The notes under the pieces are model-generated. The model saw nothing but the letters and a program-made list of their open reading frames with translations, was not told where the DNA came from and ran no database searches. From Deltaproteobacteria bacterium (GTDB taxonomy: Bacteria; Myxococcota_A; JAADFL01): a DNA stretch of 64,000 nucleotides. Location of the stretch: NCBI GenBank assembly GCA_013152945.1, contig JAADFL010000158.1, positions 399 to 64,398 of the forward strand, given 5' to 3'. The position numbers were made by a program, and so were the translations under genes. Every line of letters begins with the position of its first letter. Position 1 is the stretch's first letter. Of this stretch, positions 49,400 through 59,598 are shown in pieces.

Positions 49400-50677
49400 C
49401 TATCGCGGCGGCAACAGTCCCCGCCTGTAAGGGTTAAGCCATCCCTCTGCAGCAGGACTTAATGTCAACTGAAACAACGGCCTCGAGGCCCCGGCCAGGA
49501 GCAAGGCAAAGGAAAAGTTAAATCTTATCATGCCGTCAGGGCCTTTGATTTTCGGCGGAGGGTTTGGAAACGAGCCGGCTTCCTCAAAAGCTGAAAGGCC
49601 TGCCTGGTCGAATTCGTCGATTCCAGAACCATTGGTCAGGCTAAGCTTGTGCAAACTGCCGTCCGGGTTCAGTTCCACGTACAGCTCTGTTACATAGTCT
49701 CTTGGTGAAAGGATTTCTCTGTTCCTTACCGCCTTGTACAACGCTGCTCTCGGCCTCCAGAACTGACTTACAGTTCGTTTGACCCTGTTTATGTATGCGG
49801 CCAGGTAACTTTTCCTCGTATTCAGCCTGGTGGCCTCATCTTCATCAACGTCCGGAAGATAGTCGTTTGCCGGGTCTCCCCGGATGTGATCCAGCACCTC
49901 AAGATCAGGCATGAGATCGGCCAGCTTGGGCATGTTGTCCCGGTCGACTCCTCCCTTGCCTTCGGGGTTGGGCTTTTCGAACAGGTTTGGACTGATCTGT
50001 AGCTTGTTCCTGTTGTTTCCCTCCAATCTTTCCGATGGAGTCCTGTTTGCAAGCTCTCCGTTTTCTTTGTTCTCTATGTCAAGGGCGCTTCTTTGTTCCT
50101 GCATTGGAATCAGGAGTCTCTTTTTCTCTTCTTGTAGTCCTTTTTTCTTGTGTTCCTGCCTGGCGCCCAGGACAATTCGATTATTGTCACCCCCGGAATT
50201 CAATCGCATCGCCTCCTTAACCTCCTGCTTGGTCCTGGACGGTTTTTCAGTGGCGTTTTGATAGTCCTTTTTCCTGTACCTGCTCTTGGTTTCCTTTTCC
50301 ACCCTGGATGCATATTCGCTTACATACTTGGATTCTTCAGGCTCTTCTTCCTTTGCAGGCTTCTGGATGTCCACGACTTGGCCATGAAGGCCCTGTTCTT
50401 CATTGTCTTTTTTTTCCTTTTTAACTTTTTGCCTCTGAAGAACCTTTGTACTTGCAATGCTGGTGGACTTGATTTCCCGGTTTTCCTTCCATTGTTTTCT
50501 GGATAACGCAAGGGTTTCTACTTCACTGAACGGCCCGGCCCCTTCGATTCTAGGTAAAAGATAACCGGCCCATGGCAAAAAAGCGGCATGAATCACCAAG
50601 GCAATCCCGATGTAGAGAATCAGCCTCCTGGTTCCTTGTCGCCTATCTTGCAAAACAGGCCTCCTTTTTAGCCCCAT
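49400..50677 (-). CDS. TonB/TolA family energy transducer-like protein
   Basis: N-terminal TM (IALVIHA), charged linker, C-terminal YINRVKRTVSQFW...SGIDEFDQAGLSAFEEAGSFPNPP. Confidence 0.85.
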   Translation of the reverse strand: MGLKRRPVLQDRRQGTRRLILYIGIALVIHAAFLPWAGYLLPRIEGAGPFSEVETLALSRKQWKENREIKSTSIASTKVLQRQKVKKEKKDNEEQGLHGQVVDIQKPAKEEEPEESKYVSEYASRVEKETKSRYRKKDYQNATEKPSRTKQEVKEAMRLNSGGDNNRIVLGARQEHKKKGLQEEKKRLLIPMQEQRSALDIENKENGELANRTPSERLEGNNRNKLQISPNLFEKPNPEGKGGVDRDNMPKLADLMPDLEVLDHIRGDPANDYLPDVDEDEATRLNTRKSYLAAYINRVKRTVSQFWRPRAALYKAVRNREILSPRDYVTELYVELNPDGSLHKLSLTNGSGIDEFDQAGLSAFEEAGSFPNPPPKIKGPDGMIRFNFSFALLLAGASRPLFQLTLSPAAEGWLNPYRRGLLPPR

Positions 50678-50829
50678 CCTTTCAATATCATAGCATAAGC
50701 CTTGTTTGAGCCCGAGGCAACCCCGGTAAATCATTGGTGTTGTATATTTTGAAAATGTTGATAGCCTTTGAAGCATTAAGTGGCAAGAAATCTTTTGTTC
50801 TATGGCTCATCGCGTCCTAGAATGCGGCC

Positions 50830-52116
50830 ATGAAGATGAAACTCTCACCAAGATTGCTATATGCCGATGAAAAAGGCCGGATCTATGATCACCCCGAACT
50901 GCTGGCTTTGGGTGAGACCAACGACACCTTGTTTCCACTTGGTTCCGCTGATCTCATAGATGTTCCTCAAGGCAGCGAGTTGTTCACTCTACCCGGAAGA
51001 TTGCCTGTAGGTTTGAATCCTGTAACAGGAAAAAATGTAATCCTGAAAGAGGATCCATTGCATCCCGGGCATCCTGTTTCCGCTGTATCTGCATTCCTGT
51101 CCCCTGCATATACAAGGATTCTCAACCCTGCATATGCCATTACCCCAAAATCGGTTCATCTCCCCTTATTTGCATACACTGCTGTTGGATTCGCTAATGG
51201 CAATTTCGTGGCGCCTGCTTGGAGAGTCGATCCGGATCAAAGGCAGGATTTCAGACACTTTGAAAACAAGGATTATAAAAAAGCAGTGGTTGAAGCGCTT
51301 GATGAACTTCCGGGCAACAAGCTGGTCGAGCAACTTTCGACCTGTGTGCTGGAATATGGATGTGCAGCGGCAAAGAACTATGTACTGCACCGGTGGGAGT
51401 GCCCTCTTCCCACTTCACCGGCCTGTAATGCCGAATGTCTTGGTTGTGTGTCCAGTCAGCCGTCGGGATGTTGTCCCGCGCCCCAGAGGAGACTTCAGGC
51501 TCCTCCGGGGGCAAAAGACGTGGCGGATGTGGCTGTGCTTCATATATCCAGGGCGAAAAGGCCGGTGGTATCGTTCGGCCAGGGATGTGAGGGCGAGCCG
51601 CTGCTCAAATTCGACGTCCTGGAGAAGTCAATAGGTCTCATAAGGGAAAGCACCAAAAAGGGAACCATCAACCTTAACACCAATGCTAGTCTCCCCGGAA
51701 AGGTTCGGGCCCTGGCAGAGGCGGGGCTGGACGCCATGCGTGTCACCATGATTTCCGCCAGGCGGAAAGTTTACAATGCGTACCATAAACCCAGGGGTTA
51801 CACCCTGGATGATGTGTTCGAATCCATCAGGATCGCTGCTTCAGCCGGTGTCCACGTGTCGTTGAACCTGTTGACATTTCCCGGGTTGACAGACTCGACG
51901 ATCGAATTAGACAAGCTCCGCGCGCTCCTGGACAAGGGATGGATAAAAGGCATTCAGCTTCGTAACCTGAATATCGACCCGGAGTTGCTCAAAGCCGAAC
52001 TCGGGCGTTTCCTTCCGCCTGGAAAGCCGGGTGGAATGAAAAAAATCGCCGGGAAGTTGAAACGCTCATATCCCGGCCTCTGGCTGGGATACTACAATCC
52101 CTATCTTGGTGAATAG
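50830..52116 (+). CDS. Radical SAM protein
   Basis: CxxxCxxC (CNAECLGC), SFGQGCEGEPL, INLNTNAS. Confidence 0.9.
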   Translation: MKMKLSPRLLYADEKGRIYDHPELLALGETNDTLFPLGSADLIDVPQGSELFTLPGRLPVGLNPVTGKNVILKEDPLHPGHPVSAVSAFLSPAYTRILNPAYAITPKSVHLPLFAYTAVGFANGNFVAPAWRVDPDQRQDFRHFENKDYKKAVVEALDELPGNKLVEQLSTCVLEYGCAAAKNYVLHRWECPLPTSPACNAECLGCVSSQPSGCCPAPQRRLQAPPGAKDVADVAVLHISRAKRPVVSFGQGCEGEPLLKFDVLEKSIGLIRESTKKGTINLNTNASLPGKVRALAEAGLDAMRVTMISARRKVYNAYHKPRGYTLDDVFESIRIAASAGVHVSLNLLTFPGLTDSTIELDKLRALLDKGWIKGIQLRNLNIDPELLKAELGRFLPPGKPGGMKKIAGKLKRSYPGLWLGYYNPYLGE

Positions 52117-52289
52117 CCGTTCAAAATTACATTTGGATATATTCCTAAACTCTTTGACGACGACAACCAAGTGAGATTCCCCGGGGGATAGAAATAACGA
52201 ACACTTGAGAACTGACAAGAAACGATTACACCGGGTCCGGTTTTCCAAATGTCAATACATGGGAAACACAATCACCCGGGATTATTTCT

Positions 52290-52718
52290 CTAATCCATGA
52301 GCTGAATGTCTACAAAAGGCTGGAGATCTCCATCTATATCCTCGAATTCCAGGACGTGTTTCTTGCACCCCTTTCTCATGCATACCTGTATGTACCCGCC
52401 ACTGGCCAACTTCATCTTGGCCATGGGAGCTCCGCACAGGTCGCATTTCCTGGTGCTCTCCAGACTCTTACCGCAGGACCTGCAGTATAAATTGACGAGA
52501 GATCCTTGTGGTATGGGAAATTCCGATTCCAAATTGTAGCTTCCGTACAAGGTCGAAAGCCTAATGAAACCCTTCCGGCCGTCGACTTCCATTTTCAAAA
52601 GTATGCTGGGAAAATCGTCTATCAGGTGCGAAGGGTCATTGAAGCTGGTATCACAATGCGGACATCCGACATGAAGACGTAACATGTTAAATTGTTCTCC
52701 CTGTTTTCCAAGTTCCAT
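52290..52718 (-). CDS. Small Cys-rich (zinc-ribbon-like) hypothetical protein
   Basis: CPHC, CRSC, CDLC and CMRKGC motifs; start may be at MLRLH. Confidence 0.7.
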   Translation of the reverse strand: MELGKQGEQFNMLRLHVGCPHCDTSFNDPSHLIDDFPSILLKMEVDGRKGFIRLSTLYGSYNLESEFPIPQGSLVNLYCRSCGKSLESTRKCDLCGAPMAKMKLASGGYIQVCMRKGCKKHVLEFEDIDGDLQPFVDIQLMD

Positions 52719-52836
52719 GGTTAAAGAAAATTATCACTGAATTTCGAAACAGGCAAGTGAGGAATTCAAGAATCGCAGCAATCAAAGAATGCAAACAGGG
52801 TGACAGAAAGACCTGTTTGTCGTATTGTAATGCTCC

Positions 52837-53826
52837 ATGAAGAGGATAGATATCATAGTGCCGGCCTACAATGAGGCAGAGGGCCTGGATGATTTTTACA
52901 AAGCCTTGTGTATGACTATAGACAACCTGGCCTATGATTTCAGGATCCTGTTCGTGGATGACGGAAGTACAGACTCTACCCTGGAAAAGTGCAAGGCAAT
53001 CGAGGCAGCAGACAAAAGGGTGGGGCACATCAGGCTGTCCCGGAATTTCGGTCACCAGGCCGCGCTTACTGCAGGCCTGGACAAGGCGGGTGGAGATGCG
53101 GTCATCACCATGGATGCGGACCTGGAACACCCACCTTCCACGATCCCAGCATTCCTCGATGCATGGGAAAAAGGGGCCATGGTGGTTACGGGGATAAGAA
53201 AAGGTCAACTGCATGTCCGGGCTTTCAAGCGAATATCTTCCAAGGGCTTCTATGCACTTTTCAACAGGCTTTCGAATGTACCCGGCACCATAGAGTCTGC
53301 AGATTTCAGACTCCTGGATCGCCGTGTCGTCGAAGCAATAGGCAGAATGAGGGAGCAGAGCAGGTTCCTGCGTGGAATGTTCGCGTGGGCAGGGTTCAGG
53401 CAGGCAGTTGTCCAATATGAGCAGGGACAAAGGAGGGTAGGCACACCGGGTTATACTCCGGCAAAGAGCTTCAAGTTGGCACTTGAAGCTTTGCTTAGTT
53501 TCTCAAGGACTCCTTTGCGTATTTCGATATACCTGGGAATAACCGTATCCATGCTTGCCTTTTTATATGGGATCTACGCCATGGCCCAGTACTTCGTGTT
53601 CCAAAGAGCTCTGCCGGGCTGGACGTCACTTGCTGTGTTGATCTCCTTTCTTTCCGGAATCCAGCTTTTCACCATAGGTGTTCTCGGAGAGTACCTGGGG
53701 CAAGTATTGGAGGAAGTAAAGCAAAGGCCCCTTTACATTGTCGAAGAGGAAAGCCTGCCCGGGGAAGAAAAACAAACAGGAAATGCTGCCCATACCCGGG
53801 GACGGATACGAGTTGAAGATCGATAG
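52837..53826 (+). CDS. GT2 polyprenyl-phosphate glycosyltransferase (GtrB/ArnC-like)
   Basis: IIVPAYNE, VDDGSTD, LSRNFGHQAA, MDADLEHPP, two C-terminal TMs, EVKQRPLYIV. Confidence 0.93.
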   Translation: MKRIDIIVPAYNEAEGLDDFYKALCMTIDNLAYDFRILFVDDGSTDSTLEKCKAIEAADKRVGHIRLSRNFGHQAALTAGLDKAGGDAVITMDADLEHPPSTIPAFLDAWEKGAMVVTGIRKGQLHVRAFKRISSKGFYALFNRLSNVPGTIESADFRLLDRRVVEAIGRMREQSRFLRGMFAWAGFRQAVVQYEQGQRRVGTPGYTPAKSFKLALEALLSFSRTPLRISIYLGITVSMLAFLYGIYAMAQYFVFQRALPGWTSLAVLISFLSGIQLFTIGVLGEYLGQVLEEVKQRPLYIVEEESLPGEEKQTGNAAHTRGRIRVEDR

Positions 53827-54508
53827 AAAAGCCATGTATTTCGAACGCATGGCCGAAAGCCATGAATGGGATGACTTTGCAAATCCCAGGGAAACAACAA
53901 GGAGATTGCAAATAATATTCGATTTTTTCCTGAAAGATCTGGATTTGAAAGGATTGCTTCTGCTGGATGCCGGGAGCGGCGGCGGACATTTCTCGGCTCG
54001 TGCCCGAAAAGGCGGTGCTCATATCGTGGCCATGGACCTTGGCAAAAGCCTGCTTACAAAAGTGCGGGCCAAAACCGGGTGCAGAACGGTTCTCGGCGAC
54101 TTGGCCGAGCCGCCCTTTTCCCCCGGTTGTTTCGACGTGGTCCTGTGTACCGAAGTAATCGAGCACACAAGGCATCCCGAGTCTGTACTGATTTCGCTTT
54201 CTTCCCTGGTTAAACCAGGCGGAAGACTCGTATTGACCTCTCCGGGCAAACCCTGGCAGCCGGTTGTCCGATTGGCTACCAGGTTGGGTTTCAGGAGACA
54301 CGAAGGTTACGAAAATTTCTTATGGCCGGGTAGATGCGTTTCTGTACTGGAATCAACCGGTCTTATGGTAAAGGAGGTGCAAGGTTTCAACATCCTGCCT
54401 TTGTTCCACCCGTGGCTCGATCCATTGCATACATGGTGCGAGATGACTGCAGGAAAAAAAATCCCCTGGTTGTTCGTCAATTACGGGATTTTGGCGTACA
54501 GGCCTTGA
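53783..54508 (+). CDS. Class I SAM-dependent methyltransferase
   Basis: LLDAGSGGG, FDVVLCTEVIEH, VKPGGRLVLT; start uncertain. Confidence 0.9.
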   Translation: MLPIPGDGYELKIDRKAMYFERMAESHEWDDFANPRETTRRLQIIFDFFLKDLDLKGLLLLDAGSGGGHFSARARKGGAHIVAMDLGKSLLTKVRAKTGCRTVLGDLAEPPFSPGCFDVVLCTEVIEHTRHPESVLISLSSLVKPGGRLVLTSPGKPWQPVVRLATRLGFRRHEGYENFLWPGRCVSVLESTGLMVKEVQGFNILPLFHPWLDPLHTWCEMTAGKKIPWLFVNYGILAYRP

Positions 54509-54521
54509 TAAAGAGGAATTC

Positions 54522-56231
54522 ATGAACCGATCTAAAATGGATCGAAGTACTTATCTCTGGATAGTATTCGGATCCATCGTGATCATGCTGGGCAAGGGAT
54601 TATTTTTTCTTCATTCCAACCAGCATCAATACTTTTTGCTCGGCCTGCGGTTATCTGATCCGGGGTTCCTGCCAAAAGATTGGTTCACGTGGCATACGAC
54701 TCACTATCACCAGGCCTTTGGTTATCTTTTGTGGCTGTTGAACCTGGTCGGCCCGCTCAAGGTCACAACCTTGGCCGCACAATTTGGTTTAACTCTTCTC
54801 TTGTGCTTCGGCCTGGTTGTCTTGTCTCGAACCATTGCCGGCGCCGGATGGCGGCTGGTGTTCATGGCAAGCGTGCTCTGGATTGCAATTGCATCGATTT
54901 TCGACATGGACCTGGGATTTCTCAACTTTTTTTCAGGATACCTCCAGCCTTCCGAAGTAGCGGCGGCTTTTCTGGTTGCAGGCGTGGCCTTGTTCGCCAC
55001 GGACAGGATGCTGGCGGCCGGTATCCTGACCGGGCTGTCCGGGCTCTTCCATGGCAGTTTTTTGTTGTCCCTTTCTCCTGTCGTGGCCGTATTGGCGCTT
55101 GTAAGGGCCAAGGACCTTGGCCTGCGTAAAACAGTCTCGTTCCTCTTGCCGGTGGCTCTTCTATGGGGAATAAACGTTACATTCGTCCTGTGGGCAAGGG
55201 CCGGTATGTCAAGTGTGGACGACAGGTTCCTGAATATTCTTTTTCATTTTCGCTCACCCCATCACTATGATGTATCTTACTGGCCCCTGGCCCAGATCGC
55301 CGGTTATTTCCTTTTCGCCGTTTTGGGCGGCATCGCCTTATTGATGATTTATTTAAAGAACAGGCAACCCGGTTTGAAGGTTTTGCTGGCAGCCGGTGTC
55401 ACGTCGATCATCGTCACAACTCTTGGCATGTTGGCGGTGATGATTCACTTGAATAAGACGATAACTCTGGCCGTGCCCTGGAGGATAGGCCCCTTGGCCT
55501 TCCTTTTGGGCCTCATGGCTTTGATCCATGTATTCGACAAGCTTGGAAATTATACGAACAGGTCTTCCGTCGTAAAAACAATGGGAAAGGTTTTCGCCAG
55601 GACCGGCATCCTGGCTGCAGGCGGTTTTTGGGCATGGAGGGCGCCGAAGGGATTGGAATCGCTATTGAGGTTCGGTTGGCTCGCTTTCGTTCCTGCCTGT
55701 AATGCTCTCAAGACATGGATGGGAAAGAAGGGAATAACTTTCAAACCCGTTCTATCAGTAGAATTGGTTCTTGCCGTTTCTCTGGCCTCGGGAGCCGCCT
55801 ACAATGGACTAAAAAACAGGTCGAACATTTTCAAAGCCAACCAGCCAAAGGCTATAGAACTGGTGGAGCCCGTGAAAAACATGCTCCCAAAAGATGCTGT
55901 GTTGGTGGTTCCCCCTACAGCCGATTTCGTAGTCTTGAGGATCCTGGCGAGACGTGCCTTGGTGGTGGATTTCAAGTGTTTTCCGGTAGTACCTTCCCAA
56001 ATCAAGGAGTGGTACAAAAGACTCTCCGATGTGTGTGGGATTTCCGGAGCGGCTCCACCGTGGCGATTCCTGCTTGGTTATTTGAACATGGATACGAACC
56101 GGGCGGTCATGCTCAGGAGGCTCTATGGCGCCACACATGTAATCGTGTTCTCCCAAGGGCACAGGGGAGACTTGTCAGGCATGGAGGAAGTTGTCAAGAC
56201 CAGGCATTTCCGGATCTATAAAATTCCATAA
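54522..56231 (+). CDS. Polytopic membrane protein (DUF6798-like, putative GT-C fold)
   Basis: DPGFLPKDWF, many TMs, FRSPHH, RRALVVDFKCFP, EWYKRL. Confidence 0.65.
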   Translation: MNRSKMDRSTYLWIVFGSIVIMLGKGLFFLHSNQHQYFLLGLRLSDPGFLPKDWFTWHTTHYHQAFGYLLWLLNLVGPLKVTTLAAQFGLTLLLCFGLVVLSRTIAGAGWRLVFMASVLWIAIASIFDMDLGFLNFFSGYLQPSEVAAAFLVAGVALFATDRMLAAGILTGLSGLFHGSFLLSLSPVVAVLALVRAKDLGLRKTVSFLLPVALLWGINVTFVLWARAGMSSVDDRFLNILFHFRSPHHYDVSYWPLAQIAGYFLFAVLGGIALLMIYLKNRQPGLKVLLAAGVTSIIVTTLGMLAVMIHLNKTITLAVPWRIGPLAFLLGLMALIHVFDKLGNYTNRSSVVKTMGKVFARTGILAAGGFWAWRAPKGLESLLRFGWLAFVPACNALKTWMGKKGITFKPVLSVELVLAVSLASGAAYNGLKNRSNIFKANQPKAIELVEPVKNMLPKDAVLVVPPTADFVVLRILARRALVVDFKCFPVVPSQIKEWYKRLSDVCGISGAAPPWRFLLGYLNMDTNRAVMLRRLYGATHVIVFSQGHRGDLSGMEEVVKTRHFRIYKIP

Positions 56232-56244
56232 CGAGAGAATAATA

Positions 56245-57294
56245 TTAATCTTTTGGTCCTGTTACCTTGATGTATTCGTTGCCGTCCGTTATCATGCCGT
56301 TCAATAGGGTTTCTTTTTTAATCTTGGAACCGGAAAGAATCACAGAGTCCATTATCGAGCAGTCCCGGCTAACCTGGCACCCGTTGCCCACAATTGCGCC
56401 CGGTCCCAGACGCGTTCCCTTGCCGATTTTACAGTTGGTTCCGATCATCACGGGTGGTTCGAAGGATGCGGTTTCCTCCAGGGTGACGTTCTTCCCGAGA
56501 ATGATCATTCCCGCTTCTTCTGTCTTGGGTTTGAACTCCGCATCGGCAAGTGGATCGAAATGATTCAATATTATCTTTCTCGACAAGACATCTAGGTTGG
56601 CCTGCAGCAGGCGTTCCGGAGTACCCAGGTCGCACCAGTAACCGTTCATCCTCCAAACATATACCGGTTCATTGTTGGCGATCATCTTTGGGTATGCGTA
56701 TTCGTTGATACAACTATATATGTCCGGAGGTATGTACTCGAGCGCCCTGGGCTCGAGAACGTGCACTCCCGTGAAGACGGCTTTTTGAAGCAAGCCTTCG
56801 AATACAGGAGGGCTTGATATTTTTCCTGCCAGTTGAATGAGCCTGAAATGTTCATCGTACTCGATGGCACCGAATTCATCAGCCTGTGGAGATTCCTTGA
56901 CCACCATGGTAGCAAGTGCGCGGTGTTCCCTGTGGGCGCGTATCGCTGCCGTCAAATCCGCATCGGAAATGATATCTGCATTCATTACGACGAACGTCGA
57001 TGGTCCCAGCAAAGATTCGAGTTTTTTTATACCTCCACCGGTTCCGAGGAGCTCTCCCTCATGGGAATAGGTGATAGAAACTTCGTACCTGGAGCCATCT
57101 CCGAGATAGTCTTCGATATCATCGCCCAAATGAAAGAGGTTGATGAAAACCTTGTCTATTCCGTGACTCTTCATGAGTCTTAAATTGTACTCGATTACCG
57201 GTACATTGACCACGGGCATAAGCGGCTTTGGTGTCTTTTCGGACAAGGGTCTAAGCCTGGTCCCCAGTCCTGCCGCCAGTAACATTCCTTTCAT
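56245..57294 (-). CDS. NDP-sugar pyrophosphorylase (MurU/mannose-1-P guanylyltransferase family) with C-terminal beta-helix
   Basis: MLLAAGLGTRLRPL, PKPL, LGTGGGI, YWCDLGTPE, hexapeptide repeats; 4-nt overlap with the kinase. Confidence 0.9.
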   Translation of the reverse strand: MKGMLLAAGLGTRLRPLSEKTPKPLMPVVNVPVIEYNLRLMKSHGIDKVFINLFHLGDDIEDYLGDGSRYEVSITYSHEGELLGTGGGIKKLESLLGPSTFVVMNADIISDADLTAAIRAHREHRALATMVVKESPQADEFGAIEYDEHFRLIQLAGKISSPPVFEGLLQKAVFTGVHVLEPRALEYIPPDIYSCINEYAYPKMIANNEPVYVWRMNGYWCDLGTPERLLQANLDVLSRKIILNHFDPLADAEFKPKTEEAGMIILGKNVTLEETASFEPPVMIGTNCKIGKGTRLGPGAIVGNGCQVSRDCSIMDSVILSGSKIKKETLLNGMITDGNEYIKVTGPKD

Positions 57295-58421
57295 CTGTCT
57301 TTTGCTCCCTCGGCCATGCCGCCAGCATCTTTCTTTGCGCCAGTGGCCCTGTTTTTTTCCAGGTCTCCCCATTTCAGGTCTTTGCCCAACTTTTCCTCAA
57401 GCAGGTAATGGAGATCATCGAATCCCTCAATAGAGTTGAGGGCCCAGTTCACATATGAAAGGCTGGTTGGAATGTGCTTTAAAAAAGACGGGTTATTTTT
57501 TACCTTGTCGATAAAGACGAACCGGCCTGCGTCCTTGAGCTTTCTTTGGAGCGTCACCAGTGCGAACTGTTCAAAAAACACATCTTTGTCTAAAAGGTTT
57601 CCTTCTCTTGCAGACAGGTCGATATAGGTTCCAATCAGGTTTTCCAATTCCACGGCCGTTAATTCCACGTATGAATCACGCAACAAGGCTACCAGGTCGT
57701 ATGGCAGCGGGCCCAACAAGGCGTCCTGGAAATCCAGGATTCCGATAGAACCGCCGGGTTGTACCATCAGGTTGCGACTCTGGAAATCACGATGGACCAG
57801 AACTTGGTCCATTCGGTAAATCTTTTGTACCAGTGATGCAAAGGATTCCTCCATGAGTCCGGATTCACCCGGCGTCAAAGGGATATTTCTTTTTTCCAGC
57901 ATCCATTCCCTGAAATGATTCAGCTCCCAGAGTAGAAGTTTCGGATTGAATTCCCGCTTGAAGGCAATACAATTTCGCCTTTGATCCATCCTGGTCGTTT
58001 TCTGGAAATCAACGAGAAGAGAAACCGCCTTTTTATAAATGGCGAGAGTGTCTACGCCACGGGTAATTGCCATGGACTCCAGCGTTACATCTCCAAAGTC
58101 TTCAAGGTATAGGAGTCCATTTTTACGGTCGGTTGCGTACAATCTGGGAACAGGCAGGCCCTGGTCTTCGAGGTACTGCCTTATTTCCAGAAAAGGAGGT
58201 TCTGCCGGGTCGGGTCCATCCGTAACCTCTTCCGCTGACATTCCCATGCCCGGTCCCAGTTCCATCACGATCATGGATGAAGGGTCATTATTGTCCCCGA
58301 GTAATGACAACCGGTAATAGGTTCTCGCGGATGCATCTTTCGGCAGCCTGACTATCTCCACCCTTTGTTGCATTTTACCGGTTATACGGGCGGCCTCTGC
58401 TTTCACTACTTCGATATCCAT
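57291..58421 (-). CDS. APH-family phosphotransferase, AmgK-like anomeric MurNAc/GlcNAc kinase
   Basis: DASARTYYR, LEDFGD, VHRDFQSRNLM, LDFQDALLGPLPYDLVALLRD, QRKLKDAGRF. Confidence 0.88.
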   Translation of the reverse strand: MDIEVVKAEAARITGKMQQRVEIVRLPKDASARTYYRLSLLGDNNDPSSMIVMELGPGMGMSAEEVTDGPDPAEPPFLEIRQYLEDQGLPVPRLYATDRKNGLLYLEDFGDVTLESMAITRGVDTLAIYKKAVSLLVDFQKTTRMDQRRNCIAFKREFNPKLLLWELNHFREWMLEKRNIPLTPGESGLMEESFASLVQKIYRMDQVLVHRDFQSRNLMVQPGGSIGILDFQDALLGPLPYDLVALLRDSYVELTAVELENLIGTYIDLSAREGNLLDKDVFFEQFALVTLQRKLKDAGRFVFIDKVKNNPSFLKHIPTSLSYVNWALNSIEGFDDLHYLLEEKLGKDLKWGDLEKNRATGAKKDAGGMAEGAKDR

Positions 58422-58481
58422 TCGGCCTCCCGGGATAGGTAGGTTAGCATGCAGGGCAATGCAGGGTCAAACCATGCCCGT

Positions 58482-59582
58482 TTAGAGCTTGCTCTGAGTC
58501 GGAAAACCACTTTGCATGCCCTTGTCCGCGATAAAAACCTTGAAGTATGCACCAAGGCCCCGAGGAAAGACCAAGGACATGAGAGACATCTTTGCCCGGA
58601 TCGAATCCCGGTCTGATTTCAAGGCCAAGCCTGCAGCCATTTCAACCGCGCCCAAGACCATTGCCGCCTTGGTAAGAGATAGGCAGGCCACCGGGTGCCA
58701 ACCCGCCAGGACAGCCTCATTTTTCAATGCAGTGAAATCCACACTGGCTGTGATATCTCTCGAACCGGGATTTTCAAGCGGGTCTGCCAAACGGTGTTTC
58801 TCATATGCCCGCACCGTTCCATTCAAGCGATTGGGGCCATACAACAATTCAGCTTCATCCCCATAGTCTATGAGCATCAGCACACCTTGGCCGGTAACTC
58901 GCGAAAGCTCACCCATGACATCTTTCAATCCGGGCCGGCTTTCGAACATGCAGTTGTCAGGCAGGTACGAAAAGGCTTGTCCTATGGTCATGTTTTTATT
59001 TTCGTCTGCCTCGCATTCCACCATCTCCAACCTGCCGTCGTCCCTGGCTGCGACAAAGATCTCCATCAATTTGCCGCCCTTCCTGACGAATCGTTTAACC
59101 GGTAATGCATCGATGAACTCGTTGCCGAAAATAAACGAGGGTTTTGTAGAATTTTTCATATCACAAAGCTCTAACCAAGATATCCTGGATTCGAATTTAT
59201 GGAGAACTTTTTTTTGGCTCTCGAGCATGGAGCGGCCCTTTTCTATTGATAGCACTTCCAGATTTTCGAACAGGTTGGGATCATTCTTGAGGATTATGTC
59301 GAGAATACCGGCCAGGACCTTGCCCGAGCCGGGTCCGAGTTCAATGATTCTAATACCTCGCTCCGGCCTGAACAACTTCATTATCTGGTTCGCGAGAAGT
59401 TGCGACAGTCCCGGGCCAATATCCGCAGCCGTAAAGAAATCTCCCCTTGTTCCAGGCGGCCGGTTGTTTTGGTAATAACCATGCTCCCTGGAAAAAAGCG
59501 CCTTTTCCATGAACACGTCAAAAGGCACGGGACCTGTTTCAGCTATTTCGCAAACGATTGGATTATGTAAAGCCGCGTCCAA
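58482..59582 (-). CDS. SAM-dependent methyltransferase, MidA/NDUFAF7 family
   Basis: FMEKAL..GYY, GDFFTA, IELGPGSG, GNEFIDALP, IDYG, DITASVDF; TTG start after GGAGG chosen. Confidence 0.9.
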   Translation of the reverse strand: MDAALHNPIVCEIAETGPVPFDVFMEKALFSREHGYYQNNRPPGTRGDFFTAADIGPGLSQLLANQIMKLFRPERGIRIIELGPGSGKVLAGILDIILKNDPNLFENLEVLSIEKGRSMLESQKKVLHKFESRISWLELCDMKNSTKPSFIFGNEFIDALPVKRFVRKGGKLMEIFVAARDDGRLEMVECEADENKNMTIGQAFSYLPDNCMFESRPGLKDVMGELSRVTGQGVLMLIDYGDEAELLYGPNRLNGTVRAYEKHRLADPLENPGSRDITASVDFTALKNEAVLAGWHPVACLSLTKAAMVLGAVEMAAGLALKSDRDSIRAKMSLMSLVFPRGLGAYFKVFIADKGMQSGFPTQSKL

Positions 59583-59598
59583 AGAACCTCCACGGTTT

